From NCBI GenBank assembly GCA_964016885.1, contig OZ024743.1, positions 322,524,001 through 322,588,000 on the forward strand: DNA of 64,000 bases, read 5' to 3'. This stretch comes from Eledone cirrhosa (taxonomy: Eukaryota). The translations under genes and the position numbers were made by a program. Below the pieces are notes generated by a model. That model had not been told where the DNA came from and ran no database searches. It worked only from the letters and a program-made list of their open reading frames with translations. This document shows, piece after piece, positions 30,247 to 43,424 of the stretch (its first letter is position 1; every line of letters starts with the position of its first letter).

Positions 30247-30512
30247 CAATCACAATTATTTATATATATATATAACCTTGATCACCTTGACCGACCAGTC
30301 TTTCGGGCGCCAATCGGCGCCGCTGGTCATACGATGTCACCATCCCACTGACTGGGCGGGCAGGCCGGTACTCATTTCTACACCTGAGTAAACTGGAGCT
30401 ATGTGAAATAAAGTGTCTTGCTCAAGGAAACAACACATCACCCGGTCTGAGAATTGAACTCACAACCTTTCGATTGCAAGCCCGATGGTTTAACCACTAA
30501 GCCATGCGCCCT

Positions 30513-30578
<66 letters not shown>

Positions 30579-30608
30579 CATATATATACATATAGATATA
30601 TACATATA

Positions 30609-30701
<93 letters not shown>

Positions 30702-30894
30702 CGAAGGAAATGTGGTAAGGAACCAGGTGGACCATAACGCGCCAAAGTACTCAATACTTAGGGTAGTAGAGTGGGTAATAGGAACAAGTAAGACCCCGAC
30801 GGCTGAGCTCAAGCCGTTTCGACGGCTAATTCTGGACACAATTAGCCGTCGAAACAGCTTGAGCTCAGCCGTCGGGGTCTTACTTGTTCCTATA

Positions 30895-30990
<96 letters not shown>

Positions 30991-31154
30991 CATAGAATTA
31001 ATAAATCTGTACTCCAATGTTACTAGGTAGTCGCATTGGATGGAGTCAACCGACGTCGGAGATTGCTCAACGTATAATAAAATATGCTTTAAAATCCGGA
31101 GAAAATATGAAGAAGAAGTTTATGAAACGGAAATGCGGGTATAAAGAATTTATT

Positions 31155-31271
31155 AGGTAACAATTGTTTCTATAGTGTGTGGGTTACCTATACCTCGCTA
31201 TTTGTATAATATAAAAATATTATCATAAATCGTAGGTATACTGTAAGAGAACACACCATGTCGTCAGACCT
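31155..31271 (-). ncRNA. Hammerhead motif with expanded stem II
   Basis: Reverse complement of 32746-32862. Confidence 0.7.
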
Positions 31272-32745
31272 TTATTGTAGAATGATAGGAGAATATTTTA
31301 TACACTAGATATGTGAGAAAGTAGGAGGTAAGAAGGGAATAGGGAGAGGGAAGCGAGTAAAGGGGAGGTAGTCTTAGGATTCAAGACTGTCAGAGTAGTA
31401 GAGATTGTATAGAGGAAAATGTTTTTGCAGCAGTTAGCTAAATGAGGCGTGTTAAGGTTGGCGGGGGGAGTAAATTCTTCTAGTGGTGTTGTTTGGACAA
31501 AATTTAGTTAAAGGGGTCAATGTAGTACAGAATTATAGACAAGTTATTGGGGCTATTATAGTAGCAGGATATTTCTAAAGGGGTCTAAGAAACAGTTTTA
31601 GTGCTATTATTATAAAAAGCCATATCGTGTGTATAAACATATAAAAATATGAAATAAAAATAAAAATTTGCAAATGGTGGTGTAAAAAGATAACATTACA
31701 TGCATTTAAAAAATGAAAAAGTCGTTTTTAAACGATGGTTACAGTAAAGTGAACGTTCAATTTTGCTGTTCAAAAGTTTGTTTTCCGACGTTAAAATGCA
31801 GTATATCTCCATATTGCATAATTTACAAAATCGGTGATTTTGCTTATATGCTGGCGCACCTGCAATAATTTGCCAATCAAGGGAGAATGCTTGATTGTTC
31901 TTCCGAAGCTGCCAGGCTTTATCGGCGAGGGTTGTTACGGAGCGCATTTTCTCATGCTTGATCGAAGATCGATGTTGGTATAGGCGAGCTTTGAAAGATG
32001 TTGCGGTACATCCGACGTAATACCATTTGTTGGTTCCGGAATTTATTGTACATCGGTAAACAATATTGCGTGCTAGGCATTGGTTATTCAATGGGCACGA
32101 ATCTGGTTTAGTGCAGTTACAGTTATTTTTATGTTTTGCAGTAGTATTCTGGATAGTTTGGTGGGGTTGTAGCTGCGTGTTAGTGCGTTGTATGTCGCTA
32201 TGCTGGTGCGCTGTGTCATTAGGGATGTACATATTTAGTATTGTTGAGTTGAGTTTTTTAATTAGTTTTTCTTTGTTAGGTGCAGTAATGCACCTAACAT
32301 GTAATGTTAAATGCATGTAATGTTATCTTTTTACACCACCATTTGCAAATTTTTATTTTTATTTCATATTTTTATATGTTTATACACACGATATGGCTTT
32401 TTATAATAATAGCACTAAACACTGCTTCTTAGACCCCTTTAGAAATATCCTGCTACTATAATAGCCCCAATAACTTGTCTATAATTCTGTACTACATTGA
32501 CCCCTTTAACTAAATTTTGTCCAAACAACACCACTAGAAGAATTTACTCCCCCCGCCAACCTTAACACGCCTCATTTAGCTAACTGCTGCAAAAACATTT
32601 TCCTCTATACAATCTCTACTACTCTGACAGTCTTGAATCCTAAGACTACCTCCCCTTTACTCGCTTCCCTCTCCCTATTCCCTTCTTACCTCCTACTTTC
32701 TCACATATCTAGTGTATAAAATATTCTCCTATCATTCTACAATAA

Positions 32746-32862
32746 AGGTCTGACGACATGGTGTGTTCTCTTACAGTGTACCTACGATTTATGATAATAT
32801 TTTTATATTATACAAATAGCGAGGTATAGGTAACCCACACACTATAGAAACAATTGTTACCT
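32746..32862 (+). ncRNA. Hammerhead motif with expanded (90-nt) stem II
   Basis: aggu-CUGACGA-[90-nt hairpin]-GAAA-caauug-UU-accu. Confidence 0.7.
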
Positions 32863-32908
32863 AATAAATTCTTTATACCCGCATTTCCGTTTCATAAACT
32901 TCTTCTAC

Positions 32909-32967
<59 letters not shown>

Positions 32968-34105
32968 AAATTAAGATAAATCAAATGAATTTAATCTAAA
33001 TCAAAATTATGGGTGTCATATGCCAGAAAGACATGCGCCATATCACCCGCAAAATAAGCTCTAAGATTCTAACGAGTAGGTCCGAGCATTTTATAATAAC
33101 TAGAGATTGATTAACATATAAATAAACATGAATAATCACAGGAGATAATTTTTACAAGTGTGTAACCACACATAGCTAGGTAGGTAACTAAATAAAGTTG
33201 ACCAGAACTTCAACAATAGATACCTTATAATATGATTAATCTTCCATGTATTCGCTGATTTGAACTTGAAGTGTAAACACGGATTGCTGTAACTTCTTCC
33301 TTGTTGAAAATCCAAGTCTCCACTTGTGTGGTTTACCATCTGATTAATTGGTGAAATATATTTCTTTAATGGAATATATACAGGGAAGATTAATCATATT
33401 ATAAGGTATCTATTTTTAAAGTTCTGGTCAACTTTATTTAGTTACCTACCTAGCTATGTGTGGTTACACACTTGTAAAAATTATCTCCTGTGATTATTCA
33501 TGTTTATTTATATGTTAATCAATCTCTAGTTATTATAAAATGTTCGGACCTACTCGTTAGAATCTTAGAGCTTATTTTGCGGGTAATATGGCGCATGTCT
33601 TTCTGGCATGACACTCATAATTTTAATTTAGAATAAATTCATTTGATTTATCTTAATTTTGGATATAGATATATAAATACCGCTCCTTAATTGTAGAGCT
33701 AACTCTGTTGAAAGGACTCGACTTCTGTTTCTAGTTGTCAACAACCCTATTCACGCCACTAGGACGAAGCTAGTATGATGTGTGTATTTCTAGTAAATAC
33801 AACACGTGGTGCTGGCCAGTCGCTGATTTGAACTTGAAGTGTAAACACGGATTGCTGGAACTTCTTCCTTGTTGAAAATCCAAGTCTCCACTTATGTGGT
33901 TTACCATCTGATTAATTGGTAAAATATATTTCTTTAATGGAATATATACAGGGAAGATTAATCATATTATAAGGTATCTATTTTTGAACTTCTGGTCAAC
34001 TTCATTTAGTTACCTACCTAGCTATGTGTGGTTACACACTTGTAAAAATTATCTCATGTGATTATTCATGTTTATTTATATGTTAATCAATCTCTAGTTA
34101 TTATA
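32968..34105. mobile_element. Non-coding element with inverted and partial-tandem repeats (pLTR-like geometry)
   Basis: ~32968-33245 is inverted at ~33383-33660; 33252-33535 repeats directly at 33820-34105 (period ~568); (TA)n flanks. Confidence 0.65.
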
Positions 34106-34281
34106 TATATATATCTTGACCAGTTAACGAGTATGACCACTCTTCCCGCCCCTTCCCAATATAGGTGCTATACCTCCCCATATTTGACCCTCACGATGAT
34201 GAAGAAATACATCAATATTGCGGAACTAAGGCCCCACTTTCTAGACACCGATATTTCTTCAACGTAAGGTGGATTCTACGA

Positions 34282-37005
34282 ATTTAGTTACCGACTATCG
34301 TCTGCCAATTTAGTCACAGACTACACTCTGTCAATTTGGTCACAGACAAACCTTTGTCAATTTAGTCACAGACTGCCCTCTGTCAATTTAGGCACAGACA
34401 ACTCTCTGTCAATTTAGTCACAGTCTACCTTCTGTCAATTTAGTCACAGACTACATTCTGTCACTTTAGTCATAGACTACCCTCTATCAATTGAGTCACA
34501 GAATACACTCTGTCAATTTAGTCACAGACTACCATCTGTCAATTTAGTTACACACTAACCTCTGTCAATTTAGTCACAGACTACCGTCTGTCAATTTGGT
34601 CACAGACTGCCCTCTGTCACTTTAGTCATAGTCTTCCTTCTGTCAATTTAGTCACAGATTTCCCTCTGTCAATTTAGTCAAAGACTAGTCTCTGTCAATT
34701 TAGTGACAGACTACCCTCTGTCAATTTAGTCAGAGACTACCCTCAGTCAATTTTGTTATAGACTACCTTCTGTCAATTTAGTCACAGACTACCTTCTGTC
34801 TATTTAGTCACACACTACCGTCTGTCAATTTAGTCACAGACTACCCTCTGTCAATTTAGTCATACACGACCCTCTGTCACTTTAGTCACAGTCTACGCTC
34901 TGTCAATTTAGTCATATACTACCCTCTGTCAATTTAGTCATAGAATACCCTCTGTCAATTTAGTCACAGACTACCTTCTGTCAATTTAGTCACAGACTAC
35001 CCTCTGCTAATTTAGTCATAGTCTACAATCTGTCAATTTTGTCACATACTACACTCTGCCAATTTAGTCATAGACTACCCTCTGTCAATTTAGTCATAGA
35101 CTACCTTCTGTAAATTTAGTCACAGACTACCGTCAGTCAATTTAGTCGCAGACTACCCTCTGTCAATTTAGTCATCGAATACCTTCTTTCAATTTAGTCA
35201 CAGACTACCCTCTGACTATTTAGTCACAGACTACCCTCTATCAATTTTGTCATAGACTACTCTCTGTCAATTTAGTCACAGACTACTGTCTGTCAATTTA
35301 GTCACAGACTACCCTCTGTCACTTTAGTCATAGACTACTTTCTGTTAATTTAGTCACAGACTACCCTCTGTCAATTTAGTCACAGGCTACCCTCTGTTAA
35401 TTTAGACGCAGACTACCCTCTGTCAATTTAGTTACAGACTACCCTCTGTCAATTTAGTCACAGTCTAACCTCTGTCAATTTAGTCACAGACTACCCTCTG
35501 TCAATTTAGTCAGAGACTACCTTCTGTCAATTTAGTCACAGTCTACCATCTGTCAATTTAGTCACAGTCTACCCTATGTCAATTTAGTCACAGTCTACCC
35601 TCTGTCAACTTAGTCACAGACTAGCCTCTGGAAATTTAGTCATAGTCTACCTTCTATCAATTTAGTCACATACTACCTTCTGCTAATTTAGTCATAGTCT
35701 CAATCTGTCAATTTTGTCACATACTACCCTCTGTCAATTTAGTCACAGACTACCCTCTGTCAATTTAGTCATAGACTACCCTCTGTCACTTTAGGCACAG
35801 ACTACCCTCTTTCAATTTAGTCACAGACTACCCTCTGTCAATTTAGTCATAGACTACCCTCTGTCACTTAGGCACAGACTACCCTCTTTCAATTTAGTCA
35901 CAGACTACCCTCTGTCAATTTAGTCATAGACTACCTTCTGTCAATTTAGTTACAGACTACCCTGTCAATTTAGTCACAGACTACCCTCTGTCAATTTAGT
36001 CACAGACTACACTCTGCCAATTTAGTCATAAACTATCCTCTGCCAATTTCGTCACAGACTACCCTCTGCCAATTTAGTTATAGACTACCCTCTGTCAATT
36101 TAGTTACAGACTAACTTCTGCCAATTTAGTCTTAAACTCCCCTCTGTCAATTTAGTCACAGACTACCCTCTGTCAATTTAGTCATAGACTACCCTCTGTC
36201 ACTTTAGGCACAGACTACCCTCTTTCAATTTAGTCACAGACTACCCTCTGTCAATTTAGTCATAGACTACCCTCTGTCATTTTAGTCACAGACTACCTTC
36301 TGTCAATTTAGTTACAGACTACCCTGTCAATTTAGTCACAGACTACCCTCTGTCAATTTAGTCACAGACTACACTCTGCCAATTTAGTCATAAACTATCC
36401 TCTGCCAATTTCGTCACAGACTACCCTCTGCCAATTTAGTTATAGACTACCCTCTGTCAATTTAGTTACAGACTAACTTCTGCCAATTTAGTCTTAAACT
36501 CCCCTCTGTCAATTTAGTCACAGACTACCCTCTGTCAATTTAGTCACAGACTACCCTCTGTCAATTTAGTCATACACGACCCTCTGTCACTTTAGTCACA
36601 GACTACGCTCTGTCAATTTAGTCATATACTACCCTCTGTCAATTTAGTTACAGACTAACTTCTGTCAATTTAGTCACAGACTACGCTCTGTCAATTTAGT
36701 CATATACTACCCTCTGTCACTTTAGTCACAGACTACCCTCTGTCAATTTAGTCATAGACTACCCTCTGCCAATTTAGTCATAAACTATCCTCTGCCAATT
36801 TTGTCACAGACTACCCTCTGCCAATTTAGTCTTAAACTATCCTCTGTCAATTTAGTCACAGACTACCCTCTGTCAATTTAGTCATCGTTAATCGTCTGCC
36901 AATTTAGTCAGACTAACCTCTGCCAAATTAGTCATAAACTATCCTCTGCCAATTTAGTCATAGACCATCATCTGCCAATTTAGCCATCGACAATCGTCTG
37001 CCAGT
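34282..37005. repeat. 26-bp satellite, about 100 copies
   Basis: Unit aatttagtcacagactaccctctgtc, with degenerate edges. Confidence 0.95.
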
Positions 37006-38749
37006 TCAGACGCCGACCATCCGAACATGCAGCAGGTTGTACTGGATTACAAATTATTATTACATGAAGTCACAAAATTTCCAGTGGATCAGGAAATACT
37101 AATTAATTACATTTAGAGCTTTCTGATTTCTGATGAATTTTTCAAGAATGTGAAGGAATTAAAATGACTCCAACTGGGCTTCGCGGTGTGGATTAATAAT
37201 TTCACTGGCTTACTACCACTCTACAGTGCAAACAGAAGCACTAAGTATAACAACAAAAACAACAACAACAACAACAACAATAATTAAAATGATTTCTCTA
37301 TTATATAAATCTTTCTCAAATCAAAGAATTAAGTTATAAATTTTTAATTCAATTTTCACATTAAATTTTTTTTTCTTAATTAATAAATATTAATTTAATT
37401 AAAAGCAGAGTGGGGCTGGATGACTAAATGAATAAGACATTTATCAAGCTGCTCTTTAGTCATCGTTCAAATTTTATGCTGGTATTTCGTTGCACTTCTA
37501 GGTAGAATAAAAGCAAAAAGTCTAACAAAAAGAAAGAAAGAACTGCTGTCTAGGCGACGAATTGGTAGAGTCGTTAGAACGCCAGATAGAATACTTAGCA
37601 GTATTTGTTCCAGTTCTCTGCTCTCTGAGTTGAAATGCCACAGAGAAAACCTTTACATTTAATCCTGTCTTGGTCGATAAAAAAGCATCAGTCAAGTGCT
37701 GAGGTTCATTATTTCTATCCTGCCGAGGTTTGCTTTGCCTTTCATCCTTACGTGGTCGATAAAATAAAGTACCAGTAGTGCACTGGGATAATTGCTGGCT
37801 TTGTGTCAAAAGTAGAAACAATTATTTCTCTATATCTCTTTCACCCTCCCTTTCTCTCTCATTCTTCTTCTCTGGAAAAAATCGGCTATGTTCAGATCTG
37901 GATAGAAGATGGGCTCCGCCAGATATAAAGTGCACAAGGAACGCCGTTTGTCAGTACAGCGCTCCTACGACTCCACTAGGAGTTACATCTCCATACATAC
38001 CTATTCTATTTATCCTTAGATCATCTATCTAATGTGACCCAAGGTAAACTTTTTTCTCCTGAATTCTTTTTCATATACATAAATAATTTTACTTGCCGTC
38101 ACTTGTAATAACACCCGCTCTTATGCTGTTGATATAAAAAATCATTGCTCCGGTACCTTCTGCACTCTTGCATCATCAATATGTAACTTAGTCAATTAAA
38201 AGAAGAGAAAAGAACTAGAACAAGCAATAAAATACACCAAGGACTGCAGCGATTATACCCTAAAGTCTGTCTGGAGCCCGGAGGCTTGGCAGGTCGGTGC
38301 TTTTCCCGGTTTCCATGGTGTTAAGCGAGTGAGAGTACAAGGCTCTTCCATCGCAGGGTTAAATCCCAAAATGAAGTGTTTTGTTCAAGAACACAACACA
38401 CAACCCAGCATTTAGTTGATATTTCTCGTGGATCGAGTTACTGTGTAAGAACTCGCTTAATAGTTCGTTTCTGGCAGCTCGTGCATCAAGCAAGGTTTGT
38501 CGCTTCCGTAAGACAGGTGAAATAATTAGTAGCTAAGTTATTTAGTACGTTAATAGGTTACATTTAAATTATCTAGGTAACGTAGTTAGTTGGTTAAGTG
38601 GATTAAATAGTCAGGTATGTAATTGTACCGGCAATTATATAGACAGGTCAGGAAATAGATGTGTAATTAGACAATTGGCTAGTCATGTAGGTTGGTTGAT
38701 AGGTAAGTTGATAGACAGGTAATTAAGTAACTAGATAGATAGATATATA

Positions 38750-38807
38750 GGTAGGTAGGTAGGTAGATAGGTAGGTAGGTAGGTAGGTAGGTAGGTAGGT
38801 AGGTAGG

Positions 38808-38896
<89 letters not shown>
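38750..38896. repeat. (TAGG)n/(TAGA)n microsatellite
   Basis: Directly visible; one of dozens of SSR tracts in the window. Confidence 0.95.
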
Positions 38897-39608
38897 TTGC
38901 ATCAGATCTTTACAGAAGCCATATTGGTGGTCATTAAGGAGAGAGAGGGATAAAGAGAGAGGCTAGCTCTGGGGGGGGGGGGGGGGATGAACAATATACT
39001 GTCAGAGCCAGTGACCTTGTTAGTTGCACATGACCTGCAAGGTGGAGCATGTAGTGAGGCAGAAGAGGGGAGATTTAGAAGAGATTTACCTAGCGTGTGT
39101 TGTGGGCAGCTGGCTGCAAAGTGAGAAGCAAAGTGTCTTTCTTCGCAGGAGTGTCGAGTACAGAACTATCGTTATTGAGAAGTGGAGGTAAAGAGGTTTC
39201 TGCAAAGTCAGCGGAGATCCTTTTGTTGAGGGACGAGAAAGATAGATTTCAGTTTTATAGGCGGGAGAGCTTGAGAGTTTTATGGTACGGATAATACACT
39301 TGCAAGAGTTGCAATGATAGATAAATTTAGCTCAGTATTGGGAGAAAGGTGATTTTCTTCAGAGGTTGTAGGCCATGTATTTTGCCTGAAGTGCTGCAGT
39401 GCAACTGTAGTGTCGGTTAAGGTTTTGTAAAGAAGAATCATATATATATATATATATGAAATAAAATACAGGTATCCGCTTTTTGTGGGCAACCTCGCAA
39501 TTAATAAATGTATTATTGAGCATCAATGTACCTTGTTTTTCTAATAACCATTATGTAATATATATATATGCGTTATGGTCCATCTGCTTCCTTACCACAA
39601 TTCCTTTG

Positions 39609-39709
<101 letters not shown>

Positions 39710-39839
39710 GTACAATCCTAAATGAATCTAATATTGTGACTCCGTCCACCTCAACACGTGAGAGCAGCTTGAAATTCAAAGAGTTTGTTGTGATTTCGAA
39801 CGAGATGACTCCATCCACCTCAATATGTTAAGTGCACCA

Positions 39840-40200
39840 TTCATCTTATCTTTTGAGTCAGATATAGTAACTCGCTTTCTCGACTGTCTCCAATAATGCC
39901 CTCGAAAGGTGGTTCTTTTCCTTTGTCACCAGTCCAAACCCCCGAGGAGCGAGCTCAACAGGGACAGAGGACACATCCCATCCGCAGATTTCATAGAGTT
40001 CAACCAGCTCACTGTAATTCCTGGTCTTCCTGTTAAATACATCATACATATACGCCTCCTAATAGACAGAAAGCTCTAGTATCTTCACCACGTTCATTTC
40101 TTTACATCACAAGAGGTCGGCTATCTTAGTGGTAATAAGGGGAAAGTGGTATTTGCTGTCCAGGGTCAACTGAGACTCCCAAATCTCCCATTTTCAATCA
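39840..40200 (-). mobile_element. 3' fragment of an RLE non-LTR element (NeSL/Hero-like), partly duplicated around the CR1 insertion
   Basis: RK..NYSEL..CGW..VELAPRG endonuclease tail; second copy at 40353-40405 plus 42056-42220. Confidence 0.55.
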
Positions 40201-40405
40201 GTCAGCAGTCTGTATTACATGTAGCAGTCAAATGAAAATGGACAAAAGAAGTAAGAAAGAATACTCACAACATATCCGCTGATGTCACCATATCGGTAAG
40301 GACGTGGTGGTGGTGACCATCGCATTGACATATTGCTGTCTGACAGCCAATGAATAGAGTTCAACCAGCTCACTGTAATTCCTGGTCTTCCTGTTAAGTA
40401 CATCT

Positions 40406-42055
40406 ATTACAACCATGGAATTTACACCTGCGACGTCACCTAAAAAATAAACGCAACCATGCCTCTCCTGGTTTTGATAGTGTTACGTACCTGCTTCTTA
40501 AACGTGGTGGGTACTTCCTTCTGCACCAGTTATCACGCTTCTTCCAATTCTGTCTGAACAACGGTGCTACTCCAGAACAGTGGAAAACTGCCAGTGTCAT
40601 TCCTCTGTTCAAAAAGGGTGACCGCACATCACCTGTGAACTATCGTCCAGTCAGTCTTACTAGTTGCATTGCCAAACTGATGGAATCCTGTGTCAGAGAA
40701 ACACTTTGGAACTTCTGGAACTCTCACAGTCTTATCCGGCCCTCGCAATTTGGATTTATCCCCAACTCCAGCTGCTGTGATCAACTTATCGAGTTTCTTG
40801 AAGACATCACCCGGATCACTGATGGCGGCTCATGGGTGGATGTTGTTTACCTTGACTTTGCGAAAGCCTTCAATTCTGTGCCACACAAAAGGCTTATGGC
40901 AAAACTCTCTGCAATGGGTGTGAAGGATGATCTTTTTAACTGGTTGAAGTCCTTCATTCTCAGTCGAAGAGAGGTAGTCACGGTTCTGGGACAGCATTCC
41001 TCACCATATGAGATGTCATCTGGTGTACCACAGGGATCTGTTCTTGGCCCCCTTTTGTTTGTGGCATATATTAATGACACAGATGCCAACTTAAAGAATT
41101 CCACAGTACTAACGTACGCAGATGACATCAAGCTGTACCTTGAGATAAAAAGGACAGATCCTGAACACTATAGATCTTGCTTGCAGTCTGACCTGGACAA
41201 TGCAACAATGGATCTCAGACTGGCAACTCAAGCTAGCTCTGGACAAGTGCACCACCATGCATTTTGGGAGTAAAAACCCAGCGTCCACATACTCCCTCCA
41301 CAGCACTAATATCAAGAAGTCTTCTTGTGAACGTGACCTGGGCATTACGGTCAGCAGCGATTTGCGTTGGACGAAACACGTCTCTAAATTTGTCAAGAGG
41401 GCCGAGGATATCTTAGCATCACTCAGCAAGACCTTTGTCAGCCGCTCTCCACCTATCTATTTAAAGCTGTACATGGCTATGGTGCGGCCACACTTAGAAT
41501 TTGCATCACCAGTCTGGAACCCCTATCTTGCTCAGAACATTGACCGCCTGGAAACTGTTCAGAGACGTACAACCGAGCGAATACCCTCAATCAGGCATCT
41601 ACCATACTCTGAACGCCTTGCTTCCCTGGGCATGGATACATTGAAGCTCCAACGCCTGGCAACTGACTTGGTAAACACCCACAAAATTGTTAACCATCTT
41701 GCCAACAACCCTGAGTACCTTTTTGATTTCCATGTGTCTAACACGTGGGCATGCTCACAAAGTCAGAAAACAGTACAGTTCCCATGACTTTCGGAAACAT
41801 TTTTTCACGCTCAGAGTTGCTGAAGCATGGAACAAACTACCTGCATCGGTTGTTAGCAGTCGAGACACTCCATCCTTTAAGGCCTCCATGTTCCCCCTCC
41901 ATACACATACACACATGTATATCATGACTCATACACTATTCACTTCCCTGACATTTGTGTATTATTCTATGTACTATACATGCACCTTTGACGAGTTGTA
42001 GTGCACCTGAACACTTTACACAATAATTTCATTATTATTACTATTTATTATTACC
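40406..42055 (+). mobile_element. 5'-truncated CR1/Jockey-group LINE
   Basis: NYRPVSLTS, YLDFAKAF, GVPQGSVLGPLLF, YADD, VRPHLEFASPVW; frameshifts; (ATT)n tail. Confidence 0.88.
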
Positions 42056-42425
42056 ATAGATATTCGCCTGCTAATAGACAGAAACCTCTACTATCTTCAC
42101 CACGTTCATTTCTTTACATCACAAGAGGTCGGGTCTCTTAGTGGTAATAAGGGGAGAGTGGTATTTGCTGTCCAGGGTCAACTGAGACCTCCCAAATCTC
42201 CTCCCATTTTCAATCAGTCATTTTTCTTGCAGTGTTCTCCTTCTTTACAAAATTTCACCCCACTTTTCTTCACTTCTTGTGGTCTAACGCCTTTGTTCAT
42301 TCTCTTCACCCTCTCTTCCACTGCATCAGCCAGTACAATAAAGCACCTGGTTATACCGCAATGTTCTTCAGGTCCAGTTGGCAACTGGACAGTCTGTGTT
42401 TCGTATCGATCTAAATTACCCACCA

Positions 42426-42499
<74 letters not shown>

Positions 42500-42911
42500 C
42501 GCGCGGGCGTGCGTGTGTGTGTGTGTGTGTGTATGTATTACTCTTTTACTTGTTCCAGCCGACTGGTCGAAGCCATGATGGGACACCGCCACACACAAAC
42601 AAACAAACAAACACACACACACACACATAAATATATATATATCGATACATAGATAGATAAATAAATAGATAGATAGGTAGGTAGGTAGAGAGGCGGGGGG
42701 GGGGGGGAGATGTATAAATTGAAACATAGATAAACAACAGAGACAGATTGAAACAGAAAGGTTAGGTTAATGAGTTAATAGATTGGCAGGTAAGTAGGTA
42801 AGTAGGTTAGTATGTTGGTAGGTTGGTAGACAACTATACTTTTCGTCTCTCTCTCTCTCTCCCTCTCTCTCTCTATCTCTCTATCTCTATCTATCTCTCT
42901 CTCTCTCTCTC

Positions 42912-42976
<65 letters not shown>

Positions 42977-43229
42977 TTGGCAACAAATATTAAGACGGCG
43001 TCCATTTTTGAAATGACACTAAGTTGTGGAATATAACAGATAAAGAATAACACTAAAAGTCAGTTTCTTTATTCTGCTTCAGACACCTGTCACAGGTATG
43101 ATAATAATAGGCTTGGCTAAAGAGGAAAGTATGAGTCTTCAACTCTTTCAATCTCGTCCAATAATGGGGCAACAAGAGAGTCCCTGCTTGGTCGTTCTAC
43201 AAACCATCTTGAAAAAGGAAAGCTGACAT

Positions 43230-43424
43230 CAGACCTGCCAACCTCTAAAAACCCAAACGGGGAGTACCATGAAAAAAAGTACCCCAAAACGGAGAGAAAT
43301 GAGACAAAATGGGTAGATTTTACATAATAAAAGCTATACCCATTTTCACAAGAGAAGACATCACTCACCCACCCCAAAATGGGTGTGAGGTATCCCCGTC
43401 GGACGGAGAGAGTTGACATGTCTG
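43230..43424. mobile_element. hAT-type MITE
   Basis: TIRs cagacctgccaac / gttgacatgtctg; 8-bp TSD gctgacat / gctgatat. Confidence 0.7.

Larger units (their letters stand above)
30992..32906 (-). mobile_element. 5'-truncated Nematis-like Penelope element with ~600-bp inverted pLTRs
   Basis: ORF 31696-32316 encodes CNC..CPL..CL..IVY..YVG..FKARLYQH..W..CKLC..E..LN..CNH. 31111-31709 is the reverse complement of 32307-32906. Confidence 0.85.

Noticed and set aside
34282-37005. CRISPR-like array
   Set aside because: Units are contiguous with no unique spacers, there are no cas genes, and the context is eukaryotic.
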